Shown piece by piece: positions 24,828-37,164 of a stretch of DNA of 64,000 nt. How positions within the stretch are numbered: position 1 is the stretch's first letter; the number at the start of each line of letters is the position of its first letter. Source of the DNA: Octopus vulgaris (Eukaryota); assembly GCA_951406725.2 (NCBI GenBank), contig OX597818.1:89590001-89654000 (forward strand), in the 5' to 3' direction. The translations under genes were made by a program, and so were the position numbers. The notes below the pieces were generated by a model. It saw nothing but the letters and a program-made list of their open reading frames with translations, was not told where the DNA came from and did not search any database.

Positions 24828-24880
24828 CTCGAGGTAACGAATGGGTGTATATCAGTGTCCTTCCTGTTAGCGTGTGTCTT
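24828..24880 (-). CDS. Small orphan gene, coding exon 2 (RHTLTGRTLIYTHSLPR-G)
   Basis: Acceptor TTTCACATTTATTCAG|, 53 nt, donor GAG|GTAGGT. Open in the phase set by exon 1. Confidence 0.7.
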
Positions 24881-25256
24881 CTGAATAAATGTGAAAGACG
24901 CGGTAAGAGTATTGTTGTTGGCGATGCCTTCCATTGTTAAGCACATCTTAATGGATGTATCTGATGATTGGTGCAGGCAATTTGTGTATGTATGTGCTTA
25001 TGTAAGTGAGAATGTAAGTATGTAAGTGAGATGTGAGTCAGAGGATGAACTATTGTGTGTGTGTGTATGCATCAGCCTATGCTCGCGCGGTCACATATTT
25101 ACGTACACATGTTTATGTCAGCGTGCTGTGTGTGTGTATGTGTGTGTTCACAGCTGGTAATCCGAGTCTGCTATTGCAGTGTAAATACAAAAGTATTGCT
25201 CATTTATGCAACATTATATTTGCATGAGTGCATTAATATGCATGCACATACACTCG

Positions 25257-25294
<38 letters not shown>

Positions 25295-25957
25295 CCTGCA
25301 TCCATCAATTTGTCTGTGTCTGTCTGTCTATCAGCATCTCCCCGTCTGCTTGTTTGTCTGCATCTATCTGTCTGTCAGTCAGGCTGCTTCACTCTCTCTC
25401 TCTCTCTCTCTCTCTGTCCGTCTGTCTGTATGTATCCATCTGTCCGTCTGTCACTCTGTCTATGTGTCTGCATCTATCTATCTGTTTCTTTATTACACAC
25501 AAAGGGCTAAACATAGAGGGGACAAACAAGGACAGACAAACGGATTAAGTCGATTACATCGACTCCAGTGTGTAACTGGTACTTAATTTATCGACCCCGA
25601 AAGGATGAAAGGCAAAGTCGACCTCGGCGGAATTTGAACTCAGAACGTAGCGGCAGACGAAATACGGCCACGCATTTCGCCCGGCGTGCTAACGGTTCTG
25701 CCAGCTCGCCGCCTGTCTGCATCTATCTATCTCTCTGTCGGTCTGTTTGTTCGCATCTGTCTACGAATATATATTTAGACACACACTCACTCACTCACTC
25801 ACTCACTTACAAGAGTTAGCTTGCATACAAGCACGATTTTGAGACTTTTCACTTGTTCTCAAAAACTACTTTGAACGTCGTTTGTTTCAGTTTTCGTGTT
25901 ATATTCTTATCATTAACCTAGTTCTTGAGTATCGAATTTCTTTGCGTATGTTCCATC

Positions 25958-26013
<56 letters not shown>

Positions 26014-26308
26014 ATATATATATATATATATAAACATACACATAACACGCACGCATATATCTAACTTAGCTCTATGCACATAGATCATATATGATATATA
26101 TATATATATATATATCATATATCATATATGATATATTTATATATATCATATATCATATATGATATATATATATATATCATATATCATATATGATATATAT
26201 ATATATATATATATATATCATATATCATATATGATATATATATATATATATATATATATATCATATATCATATATATATATATATATATATATATCATAT
26301 ATCATATA

Positions 26309-26357
<49 letters not shown>

Positions 26358-28532
26358 AATACATTTTGTGTGTGTGAGTGTGTGAGAGAGGGAATATACA
26401 TGTTTATTTTTTTTTTTACTTGTTTCAGTCATTTGACTGCGGCCATTCTGGGGCACCGCCTTGAAGGATTTTAGACGAGCAAACCGACCTCAAGACTTAT
26501 TTTTTTAAAGCCTTGTACTTATTTTGTCGATCTCTTTCACTAATTTACAGGGACATAAACATACCCACACCGGTTGTCAAGCACAGATACATAAAAAGAC
26601 ACACACATTATATATATATATATGTGACAGGCTTCTTTCAGTTTCCAACGGCGAATCGTTGAGACGACGTTGGTGTTGCCTTGTGCTCTTGTTTTTATAT
26701 ACGACCAAGTTTATTTATATTTCAAAAGTTTTCTCTGACTTTTCTTTAATACCAAAGTCTTTGATCAGAAACTCACTTCGAAATTATATTTCCAATCATA
26801 TAAACCACTTTGAATATCATTTTTTTTTTTATGCGCCCTTTTCAAGCCTAGCCAGGCTCATGGGCTCGGTTTCCCGGTTTCCGTGGCGTATGTGTCCCCC
26901 CGCCCAGCTGGACGAGACGCCAGTCCATCGCAGCGTTACCCAAGAAACAGGAAGAAAGAGTGAGAGAAAGTTGTGGCGAAAGCGTATAACAGGGGGTCGC
27001 CACCATCCCCTGCTGGAGCCTCGTGGAGCTTTTAGGTGTTTTCGCTCAAAAAACACACAATGCCCGGTCTGGGAATCGAAACCGCGATCCTCCGACCACG
27101 AGTCCTCTGCCCTAACCACTGGGCCACTGGGCCTCCACAGAATATTATTTTAGCAACTTTAAAGTGATTTTTAGAGCCACAAACCATTTACCATTTCTGT
27201 AGTGGCCCTTTCCCTTGATGCCCCAAGCATGTTTTTAATTTGCTTTATGGTTAATCCTGCACTGCATCCACGTCATTGCGAAGCCGGAGATCTTGCATAT
27301 TTCTGGACGACTTAGCTTTGTAGATGAGAGCGTTAGTTTATTTTGCTATTTTCGACTTCAAATTTCAGCACGGGCATTGCTGACAGTCATCGTCTTTAAC
27401 ATCTTAGGATAAAATAGTTTATCAGTGTCGGTCATATTCAGGGATGTTTGGCCTCGTAACTGACACGAACTGATTAGATTTTGAGATCGATCCGGTACCG
27501 GATTTTTCCTGTTTTTTTTTTTTTTTTTTACTTAATTGGGGCATCAAGGGAAAGGGCCACTACAGAAATGGTAAATGGTTTGTGGCTCTAAAAATCACTT
27601 TAAAGTTACTAAAATAATATTCTGTGGAGGCCCAGTGGCCCAGTGGTATGGGCAGAGGACTCATGGTCGGAGGATTGCGGTTTCGATTCCCAGACCGGGC
27701 ATTGTGTGTTTATTGAGCGAAATTACTTAATTTTTGAGAGCAGTCGGGTTCATTTTTAGTATTCCCATTTGTGAGAGCAGTCGAGTTTATTTTAGATGTT
27801 CTTGTTTTAAAAATCATTTCCGGCGAATCGTTGAGACGACGTTGGTGTTGCCTTGGCGGAGGTTTGCACTCTCTGAGTACTCTAGTTTTTATATACGACC
27901 AAGTTTATTTATATGCATATGTATGTGTGTATGTATGTGTATATGTGTGTGTATGCATGTGTGTATGAATGTGTGTGATTATGCCTGCGTGCATGTATGC
28001 ATGCATGTGTGTGAGTATGCATGCGCACACAAGAACATGTATGCGTGCGTGTATGAATGTATGTAAGCATGCATACGTATACGCATGTATTTATATGTAT
28101 GTCTGCATGCATGTTTATATATGTGTGTGTATGTGTGTGTGCATATATATGTGTTTGCGTTATGTGTGTGAATTCGATTCCTGGAAAAATATTGGGAAAC
28201 TTCTAGAAATGACTCATGACCGTACTTGTCTCTCTATATAGAAGGAAATAGAACCTTCCCAACTTACAAATGGATGACCACGATCTAAAATGTGTAAAGT
28301 CTTTTCCCTAGTTGGATAAAATAATTAATATAAGTGCTTCTGTAGATGATGAGTTCGTTAATAATTTATCCAAACTGTCTCTTTTCATAAACTACAGCAC
28401 AGTGTCTATCTGAAGAGAAAAATTGACGTGGATCGAACCGCAGAGCCCTGTGTGGCTAATAAAGAAACATATCTTGCTTTACGTATCTGAAAATTGGCTT
28501 CCTTATAAATCCCATATAAAACAAATACATAC

Positions 28533-28618
28533 CGTTCTTCTAACATTGCCTGCGTATCATCTGGGGGTACATAAGGAAGGAGAAAGTCTGGGCATACGAA
28601 ACGTTTTGGCTTAGCCAT
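28533..28618 (-). CDS. Small orphan gene, coding exon 1 (MAKPKRFVCPDFLLPYVPPDDTQAMLEE-R)
   Basis: ATG in AAAATGG context, 86 nt, donor CG|GTATGT, phase 2. Non-repetitive sequence. Confidence 0.7.
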
Positions 28619-28928
28619 TTTGACCCCGCCTATATGGCGTCGTTGATTCGATGGTGACTTATTTGATTTCATAATGTTTCATTTTAACGTTTCTTTCGTT
28701 CTCTTTACGTAAATTTCTCTTTATGTGTATGGGGAAAGAGTAAGAGCTCATGCGTAGCCGTATTTCGTCTGCCGTTACGTTCTGAGTTCAAATTCCGCCA
28801 AGGTCGACTTTGCCTTTCATCATTTCGGGGTCGATAATTAAGTACCAGTTACGCACTGGGATCGATATAATCGACTTAATTCGTTTGTCTGTCCAATACA
28901 TGTCTGTCTGTCTGACTCTCTCTTTCTT

Positions 28929-28979
<51 letters not shown>

Positions 28980-29208
28980 CTATCTGTATGTATATATTTC
29001 CGCACATGTTTGCCTCCAGAGCCCCAAAGTACTGTCGCCAAGACAGATTCACAATCCAGTCAACCGTGACAAATCGCCAGCGTCCAAAACAGCCGCGCCC
29101 ACTCGTCTTAATCCATAGTCCGTTTTTATTATTAAAAAAACCCTGGAAATCTCCAGTCTCAATTCAGATGGATTAGTCACGTAATTCGGATAGGTGAGGA
29201 CTGCCTAC

Positions 29209-29274
29209 CTAAGGTTTCTCAATACCATTTTACTTCATGTTGGTCGATAGTACACGAAATGTTGGCAGACTTCT
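29209..29274 (-). other. Candidate 66-nt exon (UTR or terminal coding)
   Basis: Acceptor TTTATCTTTCTATCGTTAG| and donor |GTAGGC. All three frames close; phase 1 reads KKSANISCTIDQHEVKWY*. Confidence 0.3.
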
Positions 29275-30221
29275 CTAACGATAGAAAGATAAACAAAGAT
29301 CGACTTTATTTTATTGGAGGTCTAGCCATAACGTCCTTGAGAAGAAAAGCGCAGGGGTGCAAATTATGGAGGAAACTGTATTGCCATGGCTTAACAGATT
29401 TTGAATCCTAAGGGTTAGAAAATTCAATAATAAACAGGGGAATCGCAGTGCGATTTGTAAAGTCCGTAGTTTTTGTTTGTAAATTTAAAGCTACTACAAT
29501 ATCTCACTATATATATATCATTTTTTTTGTACGCCCTTTTCAAGCCTAGCCAGGCTCATGATCCCGGTTTCCTGGTTTCTGTGGCGCATGTGTTTCCTCC
29601 AGCTGGACGGGATGCCAGTCCATCGCAGCATTACTCAAGAAACAGGAAGAAAGAGTGAGAGAAAGTTGGGGCGAAAGAATACAACAGGGGTCGCCAGCAC
29701 CCCCTGCCGGAAACACGAGCAGCTTTAGGTGTTTTCGCTCAATAAACATACAGAACGCTCGGTCTGGGAATCGAAACCGCGATCCTCCGACCGCGAGTCC
29801 GATGTCCTAACCACTGGACCATTGCGCCTCTCACTGTAGATACAAGCCGCTAAATATTACATTAAGCCTCATACATCGAAATCGGTGGAAATGTCCCTTC
29901 ATGAATGTATGTATGCAAATATGTATGTGTATGTGAACGTATGTGTGTGTATATATATATGCATATATGTGTATGCATGCATGTGTGTACATATGCATGC
30001 GTCTATGCATGCTTGTGTGTGCACGCATTTGTGTATATGTGTGCGTATGCATGCGTGTATGCATGCGTGTGATTATGTATGCACGCATGTGTGTGTGAGT
30101 ATGCACGTGCATACAAGAACATGTATGCGTGTTCTTGTATGCATGCGTGTATGAATGTATGCGAGTGTGTGTAAATGTATGTATGCATACATGTATGTAT
30201 ATGTATGTCTACATGCATATT

Positions 30222-30257
<36 letters not shown>

Positions 30258-30361
30258 CATGTATATGTGCGTGAATTCGATTCCAGGAAAAATATCATCG
30301 GAAAACTTCTAGAAATGACTGACTCAATGTATTAGTTTTTTTTTTTTACCTCTTGTTTATA

Positions 30362-30799
30362 TCTCTCTATATAAACGGCAGTTTGTCTGTGTGTGTTTCT
30401 GTGTGTCTGTTTGGTTGTACCCTCACCCTGACCACGGCTTTCAACCGATTCTGATGAAACTTGACACACACATAGCCCAATGTCATAATTCAAAACTGAC
30501 GCAGAGTATATTTTAAAAAGTTCCCCCAGTTCTGAAAAAATCGATAAATTCGACATGGGGTCGAGAATCTAAGCTTTTTATATGCAACACATTTTCTGTC
30601 TAGGGGACACAACTCGACCTTTTTATCGCCCAAAGGGACAGCTAGGAACATCGTATACACAGAAGTATTCGAGTGAAGAGAAGACATTGCAACCTACATA
30701 TGCGCCTTCGTTCCCTAGAGGGAAAGGACCAGATTGGGATTAGCCGTTGCCTTCTAGGGGGCTCTTACATACCCGGGCAACGCCGGGCTATGCTGCTAG
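30362..30799 (+). mobile_element. Non-autonomous Helitron
   Basis: A|TC start, subterminal hairpin CCCGGGCAACGCCGGG and CTAG|T end. Confidence 0.88.
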
Positions 30800-31731
30800 T
30801 ATTGACTAAAACGTAGTTTTTCTGTCTCACATATGTGTAAATATCTTTCTTTAAACTATGTTATCTCAGCGTACAAATAGTATGTCTTCAGTTAATAAAC
30901 AACCTAACATATTGGTTTCATAAGGGCAACAATTTCGGGTGTTGGCATACGTCGATTTCATCAACCCCAGTGCTCTCAAATGGTAATTATTTTATCGACT
31001 CCCGAAAGGATAAAAGTCAAAGTCGACCCCGGAGGAATTTGAACTCAAAACGTATAAAGACGGACGAAATGCTGCAAGGTATTTTGCCCGGCGTGCTAAC
31101 GACTTAGCCAGCTCACCACCTTAGATTAATATATTAATTGCGTAAATAAGGGAGAGAGCTGGCAGAATCGGTAAGCACGGCGGGCAAAATGCTTAGCGGC
31201 ATTTCATTCATCTTCAGGTTCTCTGTTCAAATTTCGCCAAATTTTTACCGTCCCCCCGAAATTGCTGGCCTTGTGCCAAAATTTGAAACCAATATATTAG
31301 TAATGTGATCACTTTAACCAGTCTTTATGATATTTAAACTGCAATGTGACAATGTTTCATCTGACTTATCTTTTCGTTCACCGCATACTTACTTATACAT
31401 ATAAACATCCACAGATTCATGTATGTACGTATATATGAGTGTATGCGCATACGTATAGAAGTATATATGTGTGTATGTGCATACATATGCATGTATATAT
31501 AGGTACGTACGAATGCACGAATGCATGTGTGTGTGTATAAATATTTTTCGTTGTTTAAGAAAAATGTCCAGTTCCTTGGTTTTGTGTTTATGTTTTCGTT
31601 TCTCATTGTGTTCGACGTTTTTTTTGTGTCCTGTACCCATATATGCGTGTATATATACATGTAGAGGTAGGTACGTACATATATGTATGTATATATGCAT
31701 ATGTTTTATTTATTAATTTATATATATAATA

Positions 31732-31764
<33 letters not shown>

Positions 31765-31788
31765 ATATAAATTAATAAATAAAACATA

Positions 31789-31845
<57 letters not shown>

Positions 31846-31854
31846 ATATATAAA

Positions 31855-32752
31855 TTTGAGTGATGTTTCTGTCCGTTACGTTTTTATGTTCGTTAACTCC
31901 TCCTTGACAACGAAACTCAAACCGGAAACTCCCCTAATCCCAGGGAATGTCCTAAGGGAATCTTTTTTTAAAGGCCGCCTAATTGGGGCCCCCCTGCCCC
32001 CCCCCCCATTTTTACTGCATTTTAAACCAAATACATGGCAATGGCGACCAAATCGGCTCAATGAAAATGAATTTCATACCATGAACTCCCAGGGCGAATC
32101 GTAAGGAGGTTCAATTTCTGTAGGGACACTTAAATGGGGCCCCATTGACCCCCCCTATTTTTACTGCATTTACCTCGCTCGTACGCTTATTGATTAAACT
32201 ATGATCAGCATCAGTGCTTAGCACATTTGCAGAAATAAACTTAGGCAATCTAAATACCATCATGTAAGTTCAAATCGAGATAAAGAGTCATAACAGGTAC
32301 GTTTCAAGTGTGGTAGTGTGGATATTTATATTTCGTAGTTTATGAAACTTATGTCTAGGTGGGAAACTAATCTTCCTGTTCCGGTTACAGTATCCCTCTA
32401 AAGATTTGTAATAGAAGATAGAATGAGATTGAGATGAAATGGATCCTATTCATTTTATCTCAATCTCATTTTTATATTTTTTTTCAGAAATGGTGAAGTG
32501 ATGGAAAAATTATGATAGCTATGATAGTCATACATTTTACTCGCTTAGTACGAATGGAGGTTCAAGTTAAAAAATATCAAGTGAATTAATTACTACAATG
32601 AGTTTGGAAGCACATATAACTCCGTGAAAGTATCGCAAATTTTCATCGTGAGAATAAAATTAAAAAAAAAACAAAAAAAAAAACATGGAAAATGTAACCC
32701 GAAGGCCTCAAAGGTGGTCTGAATGGAGCTTGGAGGGCGGCTTCAAGTCTTG
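31855..32752 (-). mobile_element. Possible Helentron-associated (DINE/HINE-like) element with internal repeats
   Basis: Minus start ACAAG. Duplicated GGGGCCCC..CCCCCC.ATTTTTACTGCATTT blocks at 31985 and 32136. Confidence 0.35.
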
Positions 32753-32964
32753 TATTTATATATGTACTTGTGTGTGTGTGTGTATCGTATAATAATATAT
32801 GTAGATGTATATTAAAGTATATGTCTGTGTATTTGTAACTGTATGCGTGTTCATATGTATATATAAATGTGTTACAGTTCTATATTTAAGAGATGAGGAA
32901 TTATTTACATTATTCAAATTATTTATATTTGACGGATATTTGTCCTCATCTTGCTTTTTGTGTT

Positions 32965-33010
32965 AACACAACGTTTCGGCTCATATATCCTCAAGCCTTC
33001 ATCAGGTGTT
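32965..33010 (-). ncRNA. Minimal type I hammerhead ribozyme
   Basis: Minus: AACAC CTGATGA A GGCT..AGCC GAAA CGTT GTGTT. Confidence 0.78.
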
Positions 33011-33316
33011 TTGGGGAAATTTCGAGCCTGAGTTCTCATTCCTAAGTTACTTTTTCAATGTTATTATTATTATTATTATTATTATCATTATTATTATTCA
33101 GGTCGCTGCCTGGAATCGAACTCGAAATCTTGGAGTTAGTAGCCCGCGCTCTTAACCACTACGCCATATGCTCGTGGTTAAGAGCGCGGGCTACTAACCC
33201 CAAGATTCCGAGTTCGATTCCAGGCAGTGACCTGAATAATAATAATAATAATAATGATAATAATAATAATAATGATAATGATGATGATAATAATAATAAT
33301 AATAAAAATAATAATA

Positions 33317-33374
<58 letters not shown>

Positions 33375-33423
33375 CATCGAAAAATACCTTGGGAATGAGA
33401 ACCCAGGTTCGAAATTTCCCCAA

Positions 33424-33469
33424 GACCCCTGATGAAGGCTGCAGGGTATATCAGCTGAAACGTTGTGTT
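33424..33469 (+). ncRNA. Minimal type I hammerhead ribozyme
   Basis: GACCC CTGATGA A GGCTG..CAGCT GAAA CGTT GTGTT, with one stem I mismatch. Confidence 0.72.
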
Positions 33470-33775
33470 AGCAACAAACAAGACGAGGACAAATATCCGT
33501 CAAATGTAAATGATGTATAAATGTATGAGTGCATATATCTAAGTATAATCCCTTCTACTGGAAGCACAAGGCCTCAAAATTGGGAGAAGGAATTAAGTCG
33601 ATTACATCGAACCCAGTGTGTATCTGGTACTTATTTAATCGACTCCGAAAGGATAAAAGGCAATGTTGACCTCGGCAGAATTTTAACTCAGAACGTAGCG
33701 GCAGACGCAATACCGCTAAGCATTTCGCCTGGCGTGCTAACGATTCTGCTTGCTCGAAGCCTTCATATCTCTAAG

Positions 33776-33813
<38 letters not shown>

Positions 33814-33850
33814 GTATACTTGTATAGCCACGTAGATATGTGTGTTTGTT

Positions 33851-33947
<97 letters not shown>

Positions 33948-34089
33948 CAAGCACCATTCCTATTTTATTATCTGCCTACACTATGTCCTTCACTCCTCCA
34001 GTGATAAAAAGTAAAGAAAATAGAAGAAAAAAATACTCGGCCTCACTTTGACAAAACTCTTCCTTCCTCCTCCCCACTCACCCTACTAC

Positions 34090-34880
34090 AACTATAACAG
34101 GCTGACGATATCACTGTTTGCAGACGCTGTCTCAGAAATTAACACTCTTCTTACATGACCTTGGAAAAAAACGTCTGGAGATATTGGTTTTTATGTCAAA
34201 TCAAGAGTGCTCACAAAGCACAATTACGTAAGAAAACCTGAAATTTGTAGACCCTTTCGCATATTGAGGGAACAACATCGCATCAATAGAAAAAAAATCG
34301 TCTCTTAAAAGTTTGAGCTTCCCTGATTAGCCACCGTGTCATCTTGCAGTCGACGCTATCAAATAATCTTAAAAAAAGTTTCTTCCGTGACACTGTTGAA
34401 TCGGTTCTCTTGTATGGGTCCTCTGTTTAGATACTCACCAAATGTCTGAAGGGCAAGTTTGATGGTGCTTACTCACACTCGTGTGTTACAGGCTGTTCGT
34501 GTGCTACAGGCTGAAAATCTGGAAAAGACATCTAGCTAAACAAAATACGGTACGGCAATCTTCTAGCTATCATTCATGTTACATGAGTGAGAGAGAGAGA
34601 GAGAGGGGGAGGAAGAGGGAGACATGCGCTCTGAAAAACATTGTCAAAGAGCTAAGTAAAAACTCATTTGTAATACACTATTATGGGCACACTTAAATCA
34701 GCTGTCCAGGAGGCCAATAAGAAAAGCTCAAACTTTCACACACACACACACACACAAATATAAACAGTTTTGTGCAAATATGGGTACAGGATCGTGGTAG
34801 ATGGCGTGATGAAGTCAGGCAACTCCGAGCAAGTTCGACCTGACATGAATAAAGTGTCGGACAGGATGGCCATAATTGTC
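34090..34880 (+). pseudogene. Decayed RTE-group LINE reverse transcriptase
   Basis: Frameshifted motifs ADDIT, ESVLLYGS and FDGAYSH. Confidence 0.6.
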
Positions 34881-35162
34881 GATACAGAAACAACCAAACC
34901 AAGAATCACAGTGAATACTGTGTACTTAGGTGGACACTTAAAGGAAGGAAAAAAAAAAAAAAAGATTTCAGGGGCGTTTTGAGCTTAAACACTTCTTCAG
35001 AATAAAGAACGAGAGAAAGAGATAGAGAAAAAGTGTTTTTAATCAATGCATTTATGTACATATGTCTAGGAATTGTATTTCTTTGGAAGTGACTTGGTCC
35101 AAGGACTTGCGTTGAAACTGCAGCAAAGCAACTGTATCGTAAAAAATTCATTTTAATCACAT

Positions 35163-35537
35163 GGCAGGAAGCACTCCGTCGGTTACGACGACGAGGGTTC
35201 CGGTTGATCCGATCAACGGAACAGCCTGCTCGTGAAATTAACGTGTAAGTGGCTGAGCACTCCACAGACACGTGTAGTTCTCAGGGATATTCAGCGTGAC
35301 ACAGAGAGTGACAAGGCCGGCCCTTTGAAATACAGGTACAACAGAAACAGGAAGTAAGTGTGAGAGAAAGTTGTGGTGAAAGAGTACAGCAGGGATCACC
35401 ACCATCCCTGCCGGAGCCTCGTGGAGCTTTAGGTGTTTTCGCTCAATAAACACTCACAACGCCCGGTCTGGGAATCGAAACCGCGATCCTACGACCGCGA
35501 GTCCGCTGCCCTAACTACTGGGCCATTGCGCCTCCAC
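35163..35537 (-). mobile_element. tRNA-Arg-like SINE family C (OR-like), tail type iii, with 11-bp TSD
   Basis: Head GGAGGCGCAATGGCCCAGTAGTTAGGGCAGCGGACTCGCGGTCG. TSD TTTAATCACAT at 35152-35162 and 35538-35548. Confidence 0.9.
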
Positions 35538-35912
35538 TTTAATCACATAACGCCATGTTAAAACATGGTCTGGTGTGGACTAAGGCGTCTCTTTATTCAC
35601 CTTGTTTTCATTGTTTTTTTCTGTTCCTTTCTCTTGTTCTGTTATTCTGAAGAAGCGTTTAATCTCGAAACGTCAGACAACTCTATTTAGTTTTGACCAT
35701 CAACTCAATGACTATACTCTGTGTTTTTGGTGTTGTTATTGCCACGTCGTCCATTTTGGACCCACACAAACACATTCTATGTTTCTGAAGACGACCTTAA
35801 ACTCGAAATGTCAAATGCACTTCTTTCTCGATCTGCCGACTGTCAGTCTTACGACGACATTTTGTGAGCGATGAATGTATAAAATTTGAGGATATGACAA
35901 AGAACCACTTAC

Positions 35913-36026
35913 TGTTTGCTTCCATTTTCTCGTTGTTTTTCAATCCAGTTTGATCTTGCGGTGGGAGTTTGTCAGAAATCGTGTAAATATCTGTTAGAAC
36001 GACTCCATTGTTCTGTTTTAGTTTTC
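35913..36026 (-). CDS. Isolated 114-nt exon candidate (GKLKQNNGVVLTDIYTISDKLPPQDQTGLKNNEKMEAN); upstream gene or UTR exon
   Basis: Strong acceptor TCTTTTTATTTTGTTGCAG| and donor |GTAAGT. Only the phase-1 frame is open. Confidence 0.45.
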
Positions 36027-36091
36027 CTGCAACAAAATAAAAAGATTTCAGAATCAAAATAATTCCTTTTTGAGAAACGAAAACACACACA

Positions 36092-36154
<63 letters not shown>

Positions 36155-36884
36155 TAATATTAGAAAATTCTTTAGCACATGATAAAAATATATTTTTGCT
36201 GAAAATGGGGTAAAAACAAACATAAGAGTTGGAATTCAGGGAAGGTCTTAGACATCATCAATACGAGAAAGAACAAAATATCGATTGGAGAGAGAGGAAA
36301 GTAAGTGCTGAAAGACAAATGTACTGGAGAAATGAGGGGAAGAAGAAAATTTGACGTCGATACAAATAAAAGCAAATTGTTGAAATTGTATTGTGAAGCA
36401 ATGTATGTCCTTCCATTGTTACGGTCTTATTCTAGTGACTGTAGTGTTTACTAGTACTGTAACAAGTACTTTTGGAAATGTCTGCCTTTCTCTGAAGTAT
36501 CTAGTTATGTAACACTGGTGTCTAGTGGTCAACGAATGCTTCTTCTGCGTCGGTTACAATAAATTTGAACAATTGAAATTAAATAAACTTACTCTGTGTA
36601 TGGTAGTGATGGTGACGATGGTAGACCTTCGTCGTTCGACGATAAGTATTCAGTTGTTCGATCAACGAAGTTATCTGCTCTTGAATTAACGAGTCAACAG
36701 TCGAGTACTCGACAGACGCGTGTAATCCTTAACGTAATTCTCAGGCAGAATCAAAATACACAGCATGTATGTGAGACAAGGCTGTACTTTTTTGAATTAC
36801 AAGTACAATCAACTTGACAGGATTGTATACATTATTTACATTATTTACATTCGACGGATATTTGTCCTCATCTTGTTTGTTGTT

Positions 36885-36930
36885 AACACAACGTTTCGGC
36901 TGATATACCATCCAGCCTTCTTCAGGTGTC
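36885..36930 (-). ncRNA. Minimal type I hammerhead ribozyme
   Basis: Minus: GACAC CTGAAGA A GGCTG..CAGCC GAAA CGTT GTGTT. Confidence 0.8.
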
Positions 36931-37118
36931 TTGAGGAAATTTCGAACCTTGGGGAAATTTTGAACGGGTATATGGCGTAGTGGTTAAGAGCGCGGGCTAC
37001 GAACCCCAAGATTCCGAGTTCGATTCCAAGCAGTGTCCTGAACAACAATAATAATTATAATAATAATAACATCGAAGAATACCTTAGGAATGAGAACCCA
37101 GGTTCGAAATTTCCCCAA

Positions 37119-37164
37119 GACACCTGAAGAAGGCTGGAGGATATATCAGCTGAAACGTTGTGTT
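37119..37164 (+). ncRNA. Minimal type I hammerhead ribozyme
   Basis: GACAC CTGAAGA A GGCTG..CAGCT GAAA CGTT GTGTT; palindromic ACGT stem III. Confidence 0.8.

Larger units (their letters stand above)
32877..33517 (-). mobile_element. Second locus of the tRNA-headed hammerhead SINE (head-to-head palindrome)
   Basis: Full copy on minus (32877-33173) abuts an inverted copy (33174-33517). HHRs at 32965-33010 (-) and 33424-33469 (+). Confidence 0.85.

Noticed and set aside
36966-37040. tRNA gene
   Set aside because: A and B boxes are present but the acceptor stem does not close and the sequence runs into a repeat body. It is a SINE head, as are those at 5145, 9313, 17036 and 54585.
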